A stretch of DNA of 64,000 nucleotides, from contig NIVC01002224.1 of the NCBI GenBank assembly GCA_002269645.1, positions 56,144 through 120,143 of the forward strand. Direction: 5' to 3'. The translations under genes were made by a program, and so were the position numbers. Below are positions 50,390 through 62,000 of the stretch, piece after piece; position 1 is the stretch's first letter; the number at the start of each line of letters is the position of its first letter. The DNA comes from Macrostomum lignano. Taxonomy: Eukaryota. The notes beneath the pieces are model-generated. The model was not told the origin of the DNA. It worked only from the letters and a program-made list of their open reading frames with translations, and searched no databases.

Positions 50390-51175
50390 TGCCTTCACCC
50401 TGCCCCTCACACTACCTTCAGACTGCCCCTCACCCTACCTTCAGACTGCCCCTCACCCTACCTTCACCCTGCCTCACACTACCTTCACCCTGCCCCTCAC
50501 CCTACCTTCACCCTGCCCCTCACCCTACCTTCAGACTGCCCCTCACCCTACCTTCACCCTGCCTCACACTATCTTCACCCTGCCTCACACTACCTTCACC
50601 CTGCCTCACACTACCTTCACCCTGCCTCACACTACCTTCACCCTGCCTCACACTACCTTCACCCTGCCTCACACTACCTTCACCCTGCCTCACACTACCT
50701 TCACCCTGCCCCTCACACTATATACCTTCACCCTGCCCCTCACACTACCTTCACCCTGCCCCTCACACTACCTTCACCCTGCCCCTAACCCCTACCTTCA
50801 CCCTGCCTCACACTACCTTCACCCTGCCCCTCACCCAACCTTCACCCTGCCCCTCACCCAACCTTCACCCTGCCCCTCACACTACCTTCACCCTGCCCCT
50901 CACCCTACCTTCACCCTGCCCCTCACCCAACCTTCACCCTGCCCCTCACCCAACCTTCACCCTGCCCCTCACCCAACCTTCACCCTGCCCCTCACACTAC
51001 ATTCACCCTGCCCCTCACACTACCTTCACCCTGCCCCTCACACTACCTTCACCCTGCCCCTCACCCAACCTTCACCCTGCCCCTCACACTACCTTCACCC
51101 TGCCCCTCACCCAACCTTCACCCTGCCCCTCACCCTACCTTCACCCTGCCCCTCACCCTACCCCTCACCCTACTA
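50390..51175. repeat. 21-23 bp C-rich minisatellite CCTCACACTACCTTCACCCTG(CC)
   Basis: Tandem copies that generate the spurious LPHTTFT ORFs. Confidence 0.94.
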
Positions 51176-51267
51176 TCTCTCATACTACTCACCCCTCATG
51201 GTCACAATCCTCTCATAGAGTTGAGTTAAAATAGGTCACACAGTTTAGATACTTCAGTTCGCAGGAG

Positions 51268-51345
51268 GCTGTGCCCGTGACTCGAACCCCGGGATGCTTA
51301 TACGCATAAGTCAGATGCACTAACCACGGAGGTACTCTGCTACCC
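51268..51345 (-). other. tRNA-like remnant or SINE head with Pol III A/B boxes
   Basis: Minus strand GTACCTCCGTGGTTAGTGCATCTGACTTATGCG...CCCGGGGTTCGAGTCACGGG. B-box GGTTCGAGTC is clear, stems are imperfect. Confidence 0.4.
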
Positions 51346-53040
51346 CTCCAACTGCCATGCAGACTTCAGAAAAGATTTTCAAGTTTGGTAGGCTTCCAAT
51401 ATGTACTTTAAGTTCTGCCATTCATTAGTGGGATCAGTGCAGCGAACATCCCGGCTTCCCAAATCCCCACCTGAGCTCCGCCTATTACTGCGTCTACCCT
51501 GTCATACTTACCTTCCCGATGGGAAAAAAATGGTCGCGGCGACGGAGTTGCGACGGCTGTCCGTCGTATTTCGGGTCGAATTTTTTTTCTGCTACTAATG
51601 TACTCCAAATGACTCAAAACAGGCTGTTTGAGGTTAGTTCGGGGTTAAGGAAGTGAAATATCAATAATTTGACATGGTCGCCAAAGGGTCGCTTGATCAG
51701 AGGTTATGCGCCTGGTCGCGCCCGCGTACTAAAATGGGTCGGCTAACCTCCGGGTCGCCAAGCACTCGACTGTTAGCCTAATTGGCGACCCACATGTATG
51801 CAGAATACTACTCAGTAGTATGAACTGCGCATTAGCCTTTCTCAGGCAAATAAATTTTATATGGCTTATAAAAGCGTAACTTGAGTCGCCTTCAAAGACT
51901 TATAGAGCTTTGGAATCGGTACTTTTTAGATAAATGGTCATTTTATGTCATTTCATTTCATGATGTTTTACCTACTAATAGGTATCTTCTTAATACAACG
52001 GTCTAGGCCAAATTAAACCTCTAAAGTCCCCAACCTTATTTAATTTTGGCTTGCAGGCGAACAGACTCCTTGTGAATTTGTTACCCTAGCAGTCCAACCG
52101 CATAGTAACAAATTATTTTTTCTTGTATACGACTATTTCTGCACTGGCTGTTTAAAGTGCAAATTTTAAAGTGTTGCATAGAAATTTAACGTCTTGTCTG
52201 CTGTTAAAATTTTGAACTCGTTAATCAAATGCTTGACTAAGGATATTGATCTTTGTCATGGATAAATCTATTGATTGCATTTTGCCGATTATGGCATAAC
52301 GAATACGTTTCTTTGCTTAAAATGTAGTCAGTTCGCTTTAATGTGCAATCTGGGACATCATAATCCTTAATGGGAACAGCTGAGGTGATAGAAACAATGG
52401 TATCCAAGGGAAAATATGTTGCTATGCAGCTGGGATGCAAATAGGGAAATTTGAGTCCTGGTTTAATCAAGGGTGTTGAAATATCGACTTCTTCATCGTG
52501 TAAAAATCAGACTTGGAATTTTGTTGTACATTATAATGCATTATTAGTCTTCCGAAGTTTAAACGTGTTGTCTTGTGCCTACTATAAGTAGGGCATAGGA
52601 CACTACTCTATGAGCAAACAGCTTTGTAAGACCTTTACTTCACTGCACCAATACGAATGTATGCAAGTAACACTTGGGGCCACGGGAAGAAGCAAGCAAT
52701 CTTTTAGATTTACAGAACACTCATTGGTCTGTGATGTCGACTTATTGGTCTGATTAGATCCCCGCGGGAAATCTAACACAGTCTAACATAGCTCATTAAT
52801 TTTATTCGTTCCCCACACCCCTTAACTGTTCCCCACCTCATCCCCGCCGCATGATGAATCCTCCAATGACAAAGCCTCAAAGCGGCCGCAAATTACACGA
52901 CAAATAGGAAGAACGTTTGCTTTGAAATTAAGTTATTTAAATTAAATATGAGCTGAATTAAAATTACTTTATTTGCATTAGCATTCAATCACAATTTTAC
53001 GAGAAATTCAATGGCGCGCTCTAATTGTCGATGTCATAGA

Positions 53041-56000
53041 TCAAAAGCGGAGATTCCTAGAAATTCTAATGTATTTTAATAGGGAAAGCCAAAAAAATCA
53101 ATCAGCAACTGCCAAGCTGTATCTGTAGATTCAGATATGAGACTCTACAGATAATTAGAGCACCCCAGTCGGTGTCTTTTGCAGAAGGAATCGGATCTCT
53201 AGCCTAATCAGCTTTCCAGATATTCAAAAGCGGAGATTCCTAGAAATTCTAATGTATTTTAATAGGGAAAGCCAAAAAAATCAATCAGCAACTGCCAAGC
53301 TGTATCTGTAGATTCAGATATGAGACTCTACAGATAATTAGAGCACCCCAGTCGGTGTCTTTTGCAGAAAGAATCGGATCTCTAGCCTAATCAGCTTTCC
53401 AGATATTCAAAAGCGGAGATTCCTAGAAATTCTAATGTATTTTAATAGGGAAAGCCAAAAAAATCAATCAGCAACTGCCAAGCTGTATCTGTAGATTCAG
53501 ATATGAGACTCTACAGATAATTAGAGCACCCCAGTCGGTGTCTTTTGCAGAAAGAATCGGATCTCTAGCCTAATCAGCTTTCCAGATATTCAAAAGCGGA
53601 GATTCCTAGAAATTCTAATGTATTTTAATAGGGAAAGCCAAAAAAATCAATCAGCAACTGCCAAGCTGTATCTGTAGATTCAGATATGAGACTCTACAGA
53701 TAATTAGAGCACCCCAGTCGGTGTCTTTTGCAGAAAGAATCGGATCTCTAGCCTAATCAGCTTTCCAGATATTCAAAAGCGGAGATTCCTAGAAATTCTA
53801 ATGTATTTTAATAGGGAAAGCCAAAAAAATCAATCAGCAACTGCCAAGCTGTATCTGTAGATTCAGATATGAGACTCTACAGATAATTAGAGCACCCCAG
53901 TCGGTGTCTTTTGCAGAAAGAATCGGATCTCTAGCCTAATCAGCTTTCCAGATATTCAAAAGCGGAGATTCCTAGAAATTCTAATGTATTTTAATAGGGA
54001 AAGCCAAAAAAATCAATCAGCAACTGCCAAGCTGTATCTGTAGATTCAGATATGAGACTCTACAGATAATTAGAGCACCCCAGTCGGTGTCTTTTGCAGA
54101 AAGAATCGGATCTCTAGCCTAATCAGCTTTCCAGATATTCAAAAGCGGAGATTCCTAGAAATTCTAATGTATTTTAATAGGGAAAGCCAAAAAAATCAAT
54201 CAGCAACTGCCAAGCTGTATCTGTAGATTCAGATATGAGACTCTACAGATAATTAGAGCACCCCAGTCGGTGTCTTTTGCAGAAAGAATCGGATCTCTAG
54301 CCTAATCAGCTTTCCAGATATTCAAAAGCGGAGATTCCTAGAAATTCTAATGTATTTTAATAGGGAAAGCCAAAAAAATCAATCAGCAACTGCCAAGCTG
54401 TATCTGTAGATTCAGATATGAGACTCTACAGATAATTAGAGCACCCCAGTCGGTGTCTTTTGCAGAAAGAATCGGATCTCTAGCCTAATCAGCTTTCCAG
54501 ATATTCAAAAGCGGAGATTCCTAGAAATTCTAATGTATTTTAATAGGGAAAGCCAAAAAAATCAATCAGCAACTGCCAAGCTGTATCTGTAGATTCAGAT
54601 ATGAGACTCTACAGATAATTAGAGCACCCCAGTCGGTGTCTTTTGCAGAAAGAATCGGATCTCTAGCCTAATCAGCTTTCCAGATATTCAAAAGCGGAGA
54701 TTCCTAGAAATTCTAATGTATTTTAATAGGGAAAGCCAAAAAAATCAATCAGCAACTGCCAAGCTGTATCTGTAGATTCAGATATGAGACTCTACAGATA
54801 ATTAGAGCACCCCAGTCGGTGTCTTTTGCAGAAAGAATCGGATCTCTAGCCTAATCAGCTTTCCAGATATTCAAAAGCGGAGATTCCTAGAAATTCTAAT
54901 GTATTTTAATAGGGAAAGCCAAAAAAATCAATCAGCAACTGCCAAGCTGTATCTGTAGATTCAGATATGAGACTCTACAGATAATTAGAGCACCCCAGTC
55001 GGTGTCTTTTGCAGAAAGAATCGGATCTCTAGCCTAATCAGCTTTCCAGATATTCAAAAGCGGAGATTCCTAGAAATTCTAATGTATTTTAATAGGGAAA
55101 GCCAAAAAAATCAATCAGCAACTGCCAAGCTGTATCTGTAGATTCAGATATGAGACTCTACAGATAATTAGAGCACCCCAGTCGGTGTCTTTTGCAGAAA
55201 GAATCGGATCTCTAGCCTAATCAGCTTTCCAGATATTCAAAAGCGGAGATTCCTAGAAATTCTAATGTATTTTAATAGGGAAAGCCAAAAAAATCAATCA
55301 GCAACTGCCAAGCTGTATCTGTAGATTCAGATATGAGACTCTACAGATAATTAGAGCACCCCAGTCGGTGTCTTTTGCAGAAAGAATCGGATCTCTAGCC
55401 TAATCAGCTTTCCAGATATTCAAAAGCGGAGATTCCTAGAAATTCTAATGTATTTTAATAGGGAAAGCCAAAAAAATCAATCAGCAACTGCCAAGCTGTA
55501 TCTGTAGATTCAGATATGAGACTCTACAGATAATTAGAGCACCCCAGTCGGTGTCTTTTGCAGAAAGAATCGGATCTCTAGCCTAATCAGCTTTCCAGAT
55601 ATTCAAAAGCGGAGATTCCTAGAAATTCTAATGTATTTTAATAGGGAAAGCCAAAAAAATCAATCAGCAACTGCCAAGCTGTATCTGTAGATTCAGATAT
55701 GAGACTCTACAGATAATTAGAGCACCCCAGTCGGTGTCTTTTGCAGAAAGAATCGGATCTCTAGCCTAATCAGCTTTCCAGATATTCAAAAGCGGAGATT
55801 CCTAGAAATTCTAATGTATTTTAATAGGGAAAGCCAAAAAAATCAATCAGCAACTGCCAAGCTGTATCTGTAGATTCAGATATGAGACTCTACAGATAAT
55901 TAGAGCACCCCAGTCGGTGTCTTTTGCAGAAAGAATCGGATCTCTAGCCTAATCAGCTTTCCAGATATTCAAAAGCGGAGATTCCTAGAAATTCTAATGT

Positions 56001-59000
56001 ATTTTAATAGGGAAAGCCAAAAAAATCAATCAGCAACTGCCAAGCTGTATCTGTAGATTCAGATATGAGACTCTACAGATAATTAGAGCACCCCAGTCGG
56101 TGTCTTTTGCAGAAAGAATCGGATCTCTAGCCTAATCAGCTTTCCAGATATTCAAAAGCGGAGATTCCTAGAAATTCTAATGTATTTTAATAGGGAAAGC
56201 CAAAAAAATCAATCAGCAACTGCCAAGCTGTATCTGTAGATTCAGATATGAGACTCTACAGATAATTAGAGCACCCCAGTCGGTGTCTTTTGCAGAAAGA
56301 ATCGGATCTCTAGCCTAATCAGCTTTCCAGATATTCAAAAGCGGAGATTCCTAGAAATTCTAATGTATTTTAATAGGGAAAGCCAAAAAAATCAATCAGC
56401 AACTGCCAAGCTGTATCTGTAGATTCAGATATGAGACTCTACAGATAATTAGAGCACCCCAGTCGGTGTCTTTTGCAGAAAGAATCGGATCTCTAGCCTA
56501 ATCAGCTTTCCAGATATTCAAAAGCGGAGATTCCTAGAAATTCTAATGTATTTTAATAGGGAAAGCCAAAAAAATCAATCAGCAACTGCCAAGCTGTATC
56601 TGTAGATTCAGATATGAGACTCTACAGATAATTAGAGCACCCCAGTCGGTGTCTTTTGCAGAAAGAATCGGATCTCTAGCCTAATCAGCTTTCCAGATAT
56701 TCAAAAGCGGAGATTCCTAGAAATTCTAATGTATTTTAATAGGGAAAGCCAAAAAAATCAATCAGCAACTGCCAAGCTGTATCTGTAGATTCAGATATGA
56801 GACTCTACAGATAATTAGAGCACCCCAGTCGGTGTCTTTTGCAGAAAGAATCGGATCTCTAGCCTAATCAGCTTTCCAGATATTCAAAAGCGGAGATTCC
56901 TAGAAATTCTAATGTATTTTAATAGGGAAAGCCAAAAAAATCAATCAGCAACTGCCAAGCTGTATCTGTAGATTCAGATATGAGACTCTACAGATAATTA
57001 GAGCACCCCAGTCGGTGTCTTTTGCAGAAAGAATCGGATCTCTAGCCTAATCAGCTTTCCAGATATTCAAAAGCGGAGATTCCTAGAAATTCTAATGTAT
57101 TTTAATAGGGAAAGCCAAAAAAATCAATCAGCAACTGCCAAGCTGTATCTGTAGATTCAGATATGAGACTCTACAGATAATTAGAGCACCCCAGTCGGTG
57201 TCTTTTGCAGAAAGAATCGGATCTCTAGCCTAATCAGCTTTCCAGATATTCAAAAGCGGAGATTCCTAGAAATTCTAATGTATTTTAATAGGGAAAGCCA
57301 AAAAAATCAATCAGCAACTGCCAAGCTGTATCTGTAGATTCAGATATGAGACTCTACAGATAATTAGAGCACCCCAGTCGGTGTCTTTTGCAGAAAGAAT
57401 CGGATCTCTAGCCTAATCAGCTTTCCAGATATTCAAAAGCGGAGATTCCTAGAAATTCTAATGTATTTTAATAGGGAAAGCCAAAAAAATCAATCAGCAA
57501 CTGCCAAGCTGTATCTGTAGATTCAGATATGAGACTCTACAGATAATTAGAGCACCCCAGTCGGTGTCTTTTGCAGAAAGAATCGGATCTCTAGCCTAAT
57601 CAGCTTTCCAGATATTCAAAAGCGGAGATTCCTAGAAATTCTAATGTATTTTAATAGGGAAAGCCAAAAAAATCAATCAGCAACTGCCAAGCTGTATCTG
57701 TAGATTCAGATATGAGACTCTACAGATAATTAGAGCACCCCAGTCGGTGTCTTTTGCAGAAAGAATCGGATCTCTAGCCTAATCAGCTTTCCAGATATTC
57801 AAAAGCGGAGATTCCTAGAAATTCTAATGTATTTTAATAGGGAAAGCCAAAAAAATCAATCAGCAACTGCCAAGCTGTATCTGTAGATTCAGATATGAGA
57901 CTCTACAGATAATTAGAGCACCCCAGTCGGTGTCTTTTGCAGAAAGAATCGGATCTCTAGCCTAATCAGCTTTCCAGATATTCAAAAGCGGAGATTCCTA
58001 GAAATTCTAATGTATTTTAATAGGGAAAGCCAAAAAAATCAATCAGCAACTGCCAAGCTGTATCTGTAGATTCAGATATGAGACTCTACAGATAATTAGA
58101 GCACCCCAGTCGGTGTCTTTTGCAGAAAGAATCGGATCTCTAGCCTAATCAGCTTTCCAGATATTCAAAAGCGGAGATTCCTAGAAATTCTAATGTATTT
58201 TAATAGGGAAAGCCAAAAAAATCAATCAGCAACTGCCAAGCTGTATCTGTAGATTCAGATATGAGACTCTACAGATAATTAGAGCACCCCAGTCGGTGTC
58301 TTTTGCAGAAAGAATCGGATCTCTAGCCTAATCAGCTTTCCAGATATTCAAAAGCGGAGATTCCTAGAAATTCTAATGTATTTTAATAGGGAAAGCCAAA
58401 AAAATCAATCAGCAACTGCCAAGCTGTATCTGTAGATTCAGATATGAGACTCTACAGATAATTAGAGCACCCCAGTCGGTGTCTTTTGCAGAAAGAATCG
58501 GATCTCTAGCCTAATCAGCTTTCCAGATATTCAAAAGCGGAGATTCCTAGAAATTCTAATGTATTTTAATAGGGAAAGCCAAAAAAATCAATCAGCAACT
58601 GCCAAGCTGTATCTGTAGATTCAGATATGAGACTCTACAGATAATTAGAGCACCCCAGTCGGTGTCTTTTGCAGAAAGAATCGGATCTCTAGCCTAATCA
58701 GCTTTCCAGATATTCAAAAGCGGAGATTCCTAGAAATTCTAATGTATTTTAATAGGGAAAGCCAAAAAAATCAATCAGCAACTGCCAAGCTGTATCTGTA
58801 GATTCAGATATGAGACTCTACAGATAATTAGAGCACCCCAGTCGGTGTCTTTTGCAGAAAGAATCGGATCTCTAGCCTAATCAGCTTTCCAGATATTCAA
58901 AAGCGGAGATTCCTAGAAATTCTAATGTATTTTAATAGGGAAAGCCAAAAAAATCAATCAGCAACTGCCAAGCTGTATCTGTAGATTCAGATATGAGACT

Positions 59001-62000
59001 CTACAGATAATTAGAGCACCCCAGTCGGTGTCTTTTGCAGAAAGAATCGGATCTCTAGCCTAATCAGCTTTCCAGATATTCAAAAGCGGAGATTCCTAGA
59101 AATTCTAATGTATTTTAATAGGGAAAGCCAAAAAAATCAATCAGCAACTGCCAAGCTGTATCTGTAGATTCAGATATGAGACTCTACAGATAATTAGAGC
59201 ACCCCAGTCGGTGTCTTTTGCAGAAAGAATCGGATCTCTAGCCTAATCAGCTTTCCAGATATTCAAAAGCGGAGATTCCTAGAAATTCTAATGTATTTTA
59301 ATAGGGAAAGCCAAAAAAATCAATCAGCAACTGCCAAGCTGTATCTGTAGATTCAGATATGAGACTCTACAGATAATTAGAGCACCCCAGTCGGTGTCTT
59401 TTGCAGAAAGAATCGGATCTCTAGCCTAATCAGCTTTCCAGATATTCAAAAGCGGAGATTCCTAGAAATTCTAATGTATTTTAATAGGGAAAGCCAAAAA
59501 AATCAATCAGCAACTGCCAAGCTGTATCTGTAGATTCAGATATGAGACTCTACAGATAATTAGAGCACCCCAGTCGGTGTCTTTTGCAGAAAGAATCGGA
59601 TCTCTAGCCTAATCAGCTTTCCAGATATTCAAAAGCGGAGATTCCTAGAAATTCTAATGTATTTTAATAGGGAAAGCCAAAAAAATCAATCAGCAACTGC
59701 CAAGCTGTATCTGTAGATTCAGATATGAGACTCTACAGATAATTAGAGCACCCCAGTCGGTGTCTTTTGCAGAAAGAATCGGATCTCTAGCCTAATCAGC
59801 TTTCCAGATATTCAAAAGCGGAGATTCCTAGAAATTCTAATGTATTTTAATAGGGAAAGCCAAAAAAATCAATCAGCAACTGCCAAGCTGTATCTGTAGA
59901 TTCAGATATGAGACTCTACAGATAATTAGAGCACCCCAGTCGGTGTCTTTTGCAGAAAGAATCGGATCTCTAGCCTAATCAGCTTTCCAGATATTCAAAA
60001 GCGGAGATTCCTAGAAATTCTAATGTATTTTAATAGGGAAAGCCAAAAAAATCAATCAGCAACTGCCAAGCTGTATCTGTAGATTCAGATATGAGACTCT
60101 ACAGATAATTAGAGCACCCCAGTCGGTGTCTTTTGCAGAAAGAATCGGATCTCTAGCCTAATCAGCTTTCCAGATATTCAAAAGCGGAGATTCCTAGAAA
60201 TTCTAATGTATTTTAATAGGGAAAGCCAAAAAAATCAATCAGCAACTGCCAAGCTGTATCTGTAGATTCAGATATGAGACTCTACAGATAATTAGAGCAC
60301 CCCAGTCGGTGTCTTTTGCAGAAAGAATCGGATCTCTAGCCTAATCAGCTTTCCAGATATTCAAAAGCGGAGATTCCTAGAAATTCTAATGTATTTTAAT
60401 AGGGAAAGCCAAAAAAATCAATCAGCAACTGCCAAGCTGTATCTGTAGATTCAGATATGAGACTCTACAGATAATTAGAGCACCCCAGTCGGTGTCTTTT
60501 GCAGAAAGAATCGGATCTCTAGCCTAATCAGCTTTCCAGATATTCAAAAGCGGAGATTCCTAGAAATTCTAATGTATTTTAATAGGGAAAGCCAAAAAAA
60601 TCAATCAGCAACTGCCAAGCTGTATCTGTAGATTCAGATATGAGACTCTACAGATAATTAGAGCACCCCAGTCGGTGTCTTTTGCAGAAAGAATCGGATC
60701 TCTAGCCTAATCAGCTTTCCAGATATTCAAAAGCGGAGATTCCTAGAAATTCTAATGTATTTTAATAGGGAAAGCCAAAAAAATCAATCAGCAACTGCCA
60801 AGCTGTATCTGTAGATTCAGATATGAGACTCTACAGATAATTAGAGCACCCCAGTCGGTGTCTTTTGCAGAAAGAATCGGATCTCTAGCCTAATCAGCTT
60901 TCCAGATATTCAAAAGCGGAGATTCCTAGAAATTCTAATGTATTTTAATAGGGAAAGCCAAAAAAATCAATCAGCAACTGCCAAGCTGTATCTGTAGATT
61001 CAGATATGAGACTCTACAGATAATTAGAGCACCCAGTCGGTGTCTTTTGCAGAAAGAATCGGATCTCTAGCCTAATCAGCTTTCCAGATATTCAAAAGCG
61101 GAGATTCCTAGAAATTCTAATGTATTTTAATAGGGAAAGCCAAAAAAATCAATCAGCAACTGCCAAGCTGTATCTGTAGATTCAGATATGAGACTCTACA
61201 GATAATTAGAGCACCCCAGTCGGTGTCTTTTGCAGAAAGAATCGGATCTCTAGCCTAATCAGCTTTCCAGATATTCAAAAGCGGAGACTTCAGAAATTCT
61301 AATGTATTTTAATAGGGAAAGCCAAAAAAATCAATCAGCAACTGCCAAGCTGTATCTGTAGATTCAGATATGAGACTCTACAGATAATTAGAGCACCCCA
61401 GTCGGTGTCTTTTGCAGAAAGAATCGGATCTCTAGCCTAATCAGCTTTCCAGATATTCAAAAGCGGAGATTCCTAGAAATTCTAATGTATTTTAATAGGG
61501 AAAGCCAAAAAAATCAATCAGCAACTGCCAAGCTGTATCTGTAGATTCAGATATGAGACTCTACAGATAATTAGAGCACCCCAGTCGGTGTCTTTTGCAG
61601 AAGAATCGGATCTCTAGCCTAATCAGCTTTCCAGATATTCAAAAGCGGAGATTCCTAGAAATTCTAATGTATTTTAATAGGGAAAGCCAAAAAAATCAAT
61701 CAGCAACTGCCAAGCTGTATCTGTAGATTCAGATATGAGACTCTACAGATAATTAGAGCACCCCAGTCGGTGTCTTTTGCAGAAAGAATCGGATCTCTAG
61801 CCTAATCAGCTTTCCAGATATTCAAAAGCGGAGATTCCTAGAAATTCTAATGTATTTTAATAGGGAAAGCCAAAAAAATCAATCAGCAACTGCCAAGCTG
61901 TATCTGTAGATTCAGATATGAGACTCTACAGATAATTAGAGCACCCCGTCGGTGTCTTTTGCAGAAAGAATCGGATCTCTAGCCTAATCAGCTTTCCAGA

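Noticed and set aside
51504-51600. U1 snRNA (begins ATACTTACCT, later U-rich tract)
   Set aside because: Lacks the U1 loop I (GATCACGAAG) and loop II (ATTGCAC) motifs. The 10-mer is simply the complement of a consensus minus-strand donor AG|GTAAGTAT, possibly a non-coding exon end.
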